Shown here: piece by piece, positions 34,501 through 38,940 of the stretch
How the letters are laid out: every line of letters begins with the position of its first letter
Position numbering within the stretch: position 1 is the stretch's first letter
Assembly: GCA_964423765.1 (NCBI GenBank)
Contig: CAYRGM010000001.1
Coordinates: 1-38,940, forward strand
DNA length: 38,940 bases
DNA from: an uncultured Desulfobulbaceae bacterium
Lineage (GTDB): Bacteria; Desulfobacterota; Desulfobulbia; Desulfobulbales; Desulfobulbaceae
Direction of reading: 5' to 3'
Notes under the pieces: model-generated
The model's database searches: none
The model's input: only the letters and a program-made list of their open reading frames with translations
Told to the model about the DNA's origin: nothing
Position numbers and translations under genes: made by a program

Positions 34501-35135
34501 TGGCTGGTCGTCTCAGGCTAATTGGGAGTCCTGGTAAGGCGGTTACGGCTTTAGGAAACCTGCAGTTGCAAGAGGGAACATTTCTCTTTTATGATACAAC
34601 TCTTGAGATCAGCAGAGGTTTGATCTTCTATCAGGGGGGGGGCGTGCATAATCCCGGTCTTGATATTCGGGCTGAAAGGGAAGTTTCCGGTAAGGAAGTT
34701 GGAGTTTTGATTACAGGAACAGCTTCTCGGATGGAGTTTAATCTTTTTTCAAACCCGACCATGGATAACTCTGATATTCTTTCTTATATGATGACCGGCA
34801 GGAAGATGTTAACCGGTGCTGGCGGTGGAGAGGGTGCCATGTTGAAAGCGGCTGCCACCAGTCTTGGTATATGGCCAGGAGGTTTGCTAACCGATGGCTT
34901 GGAGGGGATCACTGGTTTTGATCTGGATATGATCGGGGTAGGCGGTGATGGTGGTTTATCCCTTGTGGTTGGCAAGGAAATAGTTGATGGGCTCTATATA
35001 AGTTATGGTATGAACCTGGCTGATTCTCTTGGCACCTTCAGAGCCCGTTATGATCTCAACCGGGGCCTTTCTCTGGAAACAGAATCTAATGCAGAAGAAA
35101 CAGGTGTTGATCTGTTCTGGTCCTGGGAGAGGTGA
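31575..35135 (+). CDS. tamB: Translocation and assembly module protein TamB (DUF490 family)
   Basis: 1186 aa with an N-terminal anchor, a long beta-rich body, and a C-terminal DUF490-like region (GLDIRAEREV...LFSNP...DILSYM). Confidence 0.8.
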   Translation: MQFIRMIKWLLLFPFFLGLVVVSLLATEKGFQLIVELGDSLSGDIFSVERVEGRLFSAWRLEEVTLRINKNNRETEGASEYKENQITVEIDELACSWRVMELLRGTLHGEYIRVRGVRVWLAAEEEKNDVPRRNWQAELPEINLLVNLIVDDFRLDDLSIFSPSIGDGYDGYGEPFIIHELLMKAELIDGHLRVKRFKLDTPDFGGEFAGDLQFTGNWPLTLAGDWFAVAAGSDELSGSLGLRGDLEELTVSMQLEAPFTAEITGGVTSMLSDNLQWRFSGNTGEIILNDLGIELPVSGMLDINEVSGSLQTYQGVIAAEINYSDYPRVRVESSFAGDLSGVDISFFRLLVDQSVLTTVGRVDWGDGLSWQGNIKGEQIDPELFLAGWPGKIDLALGIRGKWYNDDLSTDLQLELLDGVLRGFPLAGTGRMELSGDELKFYNLLLKSGTTSLQVHGQAGAEFDLSFQAESEDMASLLPESRGWLRAEGKVHGSWDAPRIIFDLKGRELGFKEYWVREISAQVDLDLGGDGQLKAEVKGSGIGGATENYIDRVWLDLSGDLKKHTLVISAAGAAGGLDLSFTGTLKDEEWQGEIDQLQFYSPRFGQWQTEPAAALIIGRQQAKISDFFLRHEQLLFSLEGGWEQEKGWHIRSDLEDFSLQLLEDWGFAVPRFQGMVRAEFTAAGDGAVPDQVELVVSLPELVLTGYDEDGKVKKWLWPENNIDISIDDGEAQIIALSRFEDGCTGKLDIVVQNLDFSDYQPEEITLSGNLKTMISDISFIAPLSNYMLDGSGGLGGNARISGTVAAPVIHAEFSLVDGEVLVPAANISLDRLEFSARGDGRNNIVDILVSSGEGSISVAGAVNRIDDRQWQADLGIIGERFKMVNLAEYQVEISPAIRLLYNYQDGIHLSGAIIIPMAYIAPEEFQRVVTASADVVMVDSDGQKQQKTGHNLPLSFELDVISGEDVEINAFGLQGYLAGRLRLIGSPGKAVTALGNLQLQEGTFLFYDTTLEISRGLIFYQGGGVHNPGLDIRAEREVSGKEVGVLITGTASRMEFNLFSNPTMDNSDILSYMMTGRKMLTGAGGGEGAMLKAAATSLGIWPGGLLTDGLEGITGFDLDMIGVGGDGGLSLVVGKEIVDGLYISYGMNLADSLGTFRARYDLNRGLSLETESNAEETGVDLFWSWER

Positions 35136-35240
35136 TTTGGTTTTTACCCGAGTTATGCTGGTTCTTCGATATTGCTTCCGGTGACGCTACCATATACAAC
35201 TGTCCGATATATTTTCATTATTATGAAATATCTCAAAGAA

Positions 35241-35256
35241 TACCATATATAGTGTA
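35241..35256. promoter_or_regulatory. NrdR box 1
   Basis: TACCATATATAGTGTA matches the palindromic NrdR operator consensus (acaCtATATATagtgt). Confidence 0.7.
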
Positions 35257-35264
35257 GAAACCTC

Positions 35265-35293
35265 TTGCTACTCCCCATATATAGTGCTATGTT
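35265..35293 (+). promoter_or_regulatory. Candidate sigma-70 promoter of nrdJ
   Basis: TTGCTA (35265-35270), a 17 nt spacer, then TATGTT (35288-35293). It overlaps NrdR box 2. Confidence 0.35.
35273..35288. promoter_or_regulatory. NrdR box 2
   Basis: CCCCATATATAGTGCT lies 32 bp centre-to-centre from box 1, which is the usual tandem spacing. It falls in the spacer of a candidate promoter. Confidence 0.7.
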
Positions 35294-35493
35294 GTAAAAA
35301 TATGTTATGTGTCAATCTGACACTCAGTATGTTTTTTTGTCTTTAGGGCAGGGCATATTCAACTACTGGAAGTATACAATCAGCAGAGTTGGGGCAAATT
35401 GGCCAGCCCCAAGCATATTATGAAAGATGGTCCTGTGGTATGGCTAAGTCGTGACCCTGTCATCGTTCATATCAAAAACATTAAGAGGAAGGC

Positions 35494-37668
35494 ATGACCA
35501 GAGATATAGGACGGCAAATATTGACGGATACAGCGGAAACGGTTTTGGCTCGTCGTTATTACTTGAAAGATCAGAACGGTACGCCCGTGGAAAACTGGGA
35601 ATCTCTCTGTCGGCGGGTGGCTGATGCTGTTGCTGTGGTTGATCGGGACAGTGAAGGATATGAATCGTTGCGGGATGATTTTTTCAACATGATTTATCAT
35701 CTTGATTTTCTTCCTAACTCTCCATGTCTGATGAACGCCGGTACAGATCTTGGTCAGTTATCCGCCTGTTTTGTCCTGCCGGTTGCCGATTCAATGGATG
35801 GAATCTTCACTGCCATTCGCAATGGTGCTCTGGTCCATAAAACCGGGGGAGGTACCGGCTATTCTTTTTCCCGTCTGCGTCCCAGAAATTCAGCGGTACG
35901 CTCAACCCAGGGAGTGGCTTCCGGCCCGCTTTCTTTTGCCGCAGTTTTTGATGTTGCCACTGAAACCATCAAGCAGGGGGGCAAGCGAAGGGGGGCAAAT
36001 ATGGGGGTACTCAGGGTTGACCATCCTGATATTCTGGATTTTATCCATGCCAAAGAAGACCAGAGCCTGTTTACTAATTTTAACTTCAGTATTGCCATCA
36101 CCGATAAATTCATGGAAGCGGCAAGGGAAGAGCGGGAGTATGACTTGATCGACCCGTCAAACGGCAAGGTGGTTGATCGCCAAAATGCAGCCCTGGTTTT
36201 TTCCCATATCGTGGAGCTTTCCTGGCATAATGGTGAGCCGGGAGTGTTGTTTATTGATGCGGCAAATCGGGAAAATTCAACTCCCCAGCTCGGTGATTTT
36301 GAAGCCACCAATCCTTGTGGTGAGCAATGGTTGCTTCCCTATGAATCCTGTAACCTCGGTTCAATAAACCTTGGTCATTATGTTGATCAGGGAAGGATTG
36401 ACTGGCAACGGTTGAAAAAAACCGTGCAGTTATCTATCCGTTTTCTTGATAATGTCATTGACTGTAACCGTTTTCCTATTCCGGAAATTGCGGAGATGAC
36501 CCAGAAAACCCGGAAGGTTGGTCTGGGGATTATGGGGCTGCATGATATGCTGATTTCCCTTGAACTTCCCTATGGCTCGGCAGAAGGCCGGCAGACCGCG
36601 GCTGAAGCAATGCTTTTTATCCGTACCGAGGCTGAACAGACCTCCATTGCCCTTGCGGAACTTAAAAGTCCGTTTCCTGTCTATGATCATAAGATTAATG
36701 ATTATGCTCCGAGACGCAATGCGGCTTTGACCTCGATTCAGCCCACTGGCACGGTGTCCATGATTGCTGATTGTGGTTCTGGTTGTGAACCTTATTTCTC
36801 TATTGTCATGGAAAAAAATGTCATGGATGGAGATCGGTTTCTCATGGTCAATAAGCATTTTGAGCGAGTTGCCCGTGAACATGATTTTTATTCGGATGAG
36901 TTGATGGAGAAAGTTGCTGTTTCCGGTACGGTAATCGGTCATTCTGAGATTCCGGAAAAGTGGCAGGAAATCTTTCGTACAGCTCAGGATATCAGTCCTG
37001 ATGAGCATATCAGGATGCAGGGGATTCTCCAGACAAACGGAGTGGATTCATCCATCAGCAAGACTATTAACCTCCCTTCCCATGCAACTAGGGAGGATGT
37101 TAGCTTTTCCTATCGGCTTGGTTTTGAGCTTGGTTGTAAAGGGTTGACTGTTTACCGGGATGGTTCCCGGGAACACCAGGTACTCAACATAGTGAGGAGT
37201 GGTGAGGATGAAAAGACTGCTCTGGTTTCTCAATCTGGTATTGTCAGGAAAAAGGAACTGCCTGATGTCTTGAGTGCTAAGCGCTACCGTCTCAAGGATG
37301 CCAACGATAATACAATTTACCTTATTGTTTGTTTTGATGATAACGAACAACCCATGGAAGTCTTTGCCAAGTTTCCCTTTGATAATCAGGTTGACCTTAA
37401 AGATAAATCCACCATGTGGACAACGACCTGTCGATTAGTATCTCTTGCCTTGCGTTACCAGATTCCCATGGGTGAGATTATTAAGCAGCTTGACCGTTCC
37501 AGCGGCCATATGCTTGATCTGCCGGCTCAGCTTGGTAAATTACTTAAATCATTCATGGCTGCCACTCAACATGGATTTGCTTCGGCCTGTCCGGAATGTT
37601 CGGGGAATCTGGTCTTTGAAGAGGGGTGTGAGACCTGCCGGGATTGTGGGTATTCCAAGTGTTCATGA
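35494..37668 (+). CDS. nrdJ: Class II adenosylcobalamin-dependent ribonucleotide reductase with a C-terminal TSCPD domain and Zn ribbon
   Basis: 724 aa. Active-site motif TNPCGEQ..ESCNLGSINL. C-terminal CPECSG...CETCRDCG. Confidence 0.93.
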   Translation: MTRDIGRQILTDTAETVLARRYYLKDQNGTPVENWESLCRRVADAVAVVDRDSEGYESLRDDFFNMIYHLDFLPNSPCLMNAGTDLGQLSACFVLPVADSMDGIFTAIRNGALVHKTGGGTGYSFSRLRPRNSAVRSTQGVASGPLSFAAVFDVATETIKQGGKRRGANMGVLRVDHPDILDFIHAKEDQSLFTNFNFSIAITDKFMEAAREEREYDLIDPSNGKVVDRQNAALVFSHIVELSWHNGEPGVLFIDAANRENSTPQLGDFEATNPCGEQWLLPYESCNLGSINLGHYVDQGRIDWQRLKKTVQLSIRFLDNVIDCNRFPIPEIAEMTQKTRKVGLGIMGLHDMLISLELPYGSAEGRQTAAEAMLFIRTEAEQTSIALAELKSPFPVYDHKINDYAPRRNAALTSIQPTGTVSMIADCGSGCEPYFSIVMEKNVMDGDRFLMVNKHFERVAREHDFYSDELMEKVAVSGTVIGHSEIPEKWQEIFRTAQDISPDEHIRMQGILQTNGVDSSISKTINLPSHATREDVSFSYRLGFELGCKGLTVYRDGSREHQVLNIVRSGEDEKTALVSQSGIVRKKELPDVLSAKRYRLKDANDNTIYLIVCFDDNEQPMEVFAKFPFDNQVDLKDKSTMWTTTCRLVSLALRYQIPMGEIIKQLDRSSGHMLDLPAQLGKLLKSFMAATQHGFASACPECSGNLVFEEGCETCRDCGYSKCS

Positions 37669-37793
37669 TTTTATATGAACGACAGACATTGTAAATTGAT
37701 AATTGAGAACTCTCGACCATCTGTCATGGCTTGCCTAAGGCCGGTCAATTTGTTTATAGACAATGCTGGTTAGGTTAGGTGTAAGGTAAAAAA

Positions 37794-38291
37794 ATGGTAA
37801 AAATCAGTCGTAATCAGCCCTGTCCATGCGGTTCAGGGAAAAAATACAAACATTGTTGTCTGCCAACCGGTAAGGTTTTTGAAAATAGTTCTCAAGCTGC
37901 CGGTATAAAAATATCTCTGATGAGTCATATTAAAAAGATTCAAGGGACCGCGGCAGAGAAAAAACAATTGGTGTACGACTTTGGTGTGTTTATTTTTTTC
38001 AGTAACCACGATGGAGACGCCTGGGTTCTGGAAGTGGCTGAAAAGGATGGCCTACAGGTGGCAAAAGGTGGAGTATTGTTGGATATTGAACTTGAAGAAA
38101 ATTCAGAAACCATTGAGATCCACTGGTCACATACCTGGGATATTCGCAATAAACGCTTCTTTTTGACAGCTTATCAGGATAAAAAGGAAATTGAGCAGCT
38201 CAATACTCCGGTCCAGCAGATTCATGCAGCCCTGCGTCGTGTTCATAAACGCTATACAACGGAGATGCTGGTTGGGGTACATTTGCAGTAA
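37794..38291 (+). CDS. SEC-C motif (metal-binding) domain protein, remainder uncharacterised
   Basis: N-terminal NQPCPCGSGKKYKHCC. I recognise no motif in the other roughly 140 aa. Confidence 0.7.
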   Translation: MVKISRNQPCPCGSGKKYKHCCLPTGKVFENSSQAAGIKISLMSHIKKIQGTAAEKKQLVYDFGVFIFFSNHDGDAWVLEVAEKDGLQVAKGGVLLDIELEENSETIEIHWSHTWDIRNKRFFLTAYQDKKEIEQLNTPVQQIHAALRRVHKRYTTEMLVGVHLQ

Positions 38292-38335
38292 AAAAAAGGA
38301 GGACAGACCCCTCTAATCACTATCCGTGGTCATCA

Positions 38336-38776
38336 TCAGGTGCCAATGGCATGGAGTGTGACCGTGTAAGTAACGGGTTTACCGGCAAGAGGGTGGTTAT
38401 AGTCAACAGTGATTGTTTCATTGTTGACCGAAAGGACAGTTGCCGGAACCTGCTGTTGACGGTCGTCTTTGTCGATGGCAAGGGATAGGGTCATCCCTGG
38501 TTTGGCTTCAATCCTGTTTTTGAACACCGAATTGTGGATATCATGGACAAGATTCTTATGATAGGGACCAAAGGCATCCTCGGGCTGGATGGTAACAATT
38601 CTGGTTTCGCCGGGTTCCATGCCAAGCAGGGATGCCTCCACGGCTTTCAGCACCCTGCCGGAGCCAATGCTCAGATAAATCGGTTTGCTTGCCGGAACTT
38701 TTTCAAATATATCACCGTCTTTAGTGGTGGCTGTGTAACTTATGCTTATAGTATCGGTCAGGGTTACAGGACACAT
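38336..38776 (-). CDS. FKBP-type peptidyl-prolyl isomerase, SlyD/FkpB-like
   Basis: 146 aa with ISYTATTKDGDIF and the DYNHPLAGK motif typical of SlyD-like FKBPs with an insert-in-flap domain. Confidence 0.85.
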   Translation of the reverse strand: MCPVTLTDTISISYTATTKDGDIFEKVPASKPIYLSIGSGRVLKAVEASLLGMEPGETRIVTIQPEDAFGPYHKNLVHDIHNSVFKNRIEAKPGMTLSLAIDKDDRQQQVPATVLSVNNETITVDYNHPLAGKPVTYTVTLHAIGT

Positions 38777-38940
38777 ATCAGTATATTCCTTTTTTGAAGA
38801 TGAAAGCTGATTTTTTGTTTATAGAGAGTAATCGTTCACCAGGTGTATAGATTTGCATTAGGCTACCTTTAAAAATTGCCTTTTCGCCCAAACTCTTTGT
38901 TGCAAGAAAAATTTTATCCTCGGAATATTAACTATCTGAA

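Noticed and set aside
35294-35493. Cobalamin riboswitch in the nrdJ leader
   Set aside because: There is no B12-box-like sequence (AGYCMGGAGACCKGCC) and none of the conserved GGGAA/GCCACTG elements. Only a short generic hairpin is present.
36430-37008. 192 aa and 150 aa (35859-36311) minus-strand ORFs inside nrdJ, and 201 aa (17051-17656) plus-strand ORF inside the kinase gene
   Set aside because: These are antisense shadow ORFs inside well-supported genes, with no motifs and no ribosome-binding sites.

Overview
This 38.9 kb window is a chromosomal segment of a diderm bacterium, shown by the presence of Lpt, TamA/TamB and LspA. GC looks mid-40s by eye. Most of it is housekeeping. On the + strand: ileS-lspA, fabD, tamA-tamB, a class II B12-dependent ribonucleotide reductase (nrdJ) with tandem NrdR boxes, and a SEC-C motif protein. 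On the - strand: a TlpA-like thioredoxin lipoprotein, a secreted cyclophilin-FKBP fusion PPIase, a stand-alone TSCPD-domain protein, an ECF sigma/anti-sigma pair, an S8 peptidase / alpha-beta hydrolase / ABC exporter / P-loop NTPase cluster, a hybrid sensor kinase, an LptF/G permease, an M23 peptidase, RNase G, clpS-clpA, holA and a SlyD-like FKBP. A small accessory islet after fabD holds an intact antitoxin, a ParE/RelE toxin killed by one in-frame TAA, and a fragment of an Rpn/YhgA-like nuclease gene. I found no tRNA, rRNA or CRISPR array. The unusual part is non-coding. Almost every intergenic gap over 100 bp holds miniature inverted-repeat or REP-like elements from several families. Three families show clear terminal inverted repeats plus target-site duplications: MITE-A with 5 bp TSDs in 3 of 3 full copies, a 214 bp element with a 9 bp TSD, and a 153 bp element with a 9 bp TSD that now supplies the holA stop codon. 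A 167 bp hairpin between holA and clpS shares colinear unpaired blocks with MITE-A, but its stems have been replaced by different, still complementary sequence. Its mismatches are mostly G-U compatible on the minus strand only, which is the best hint of a structured transcribed element. I did not recognise a complete novel multi-gene system. The best protein-level candidate is the uncharacterised P-loop / ABC exporter / hydrolase / acidic-tract S8 protease cluster next to the ECF sigma/anti-sigma pair. All functional calls come from motif recognition by eye and no database search was possible.
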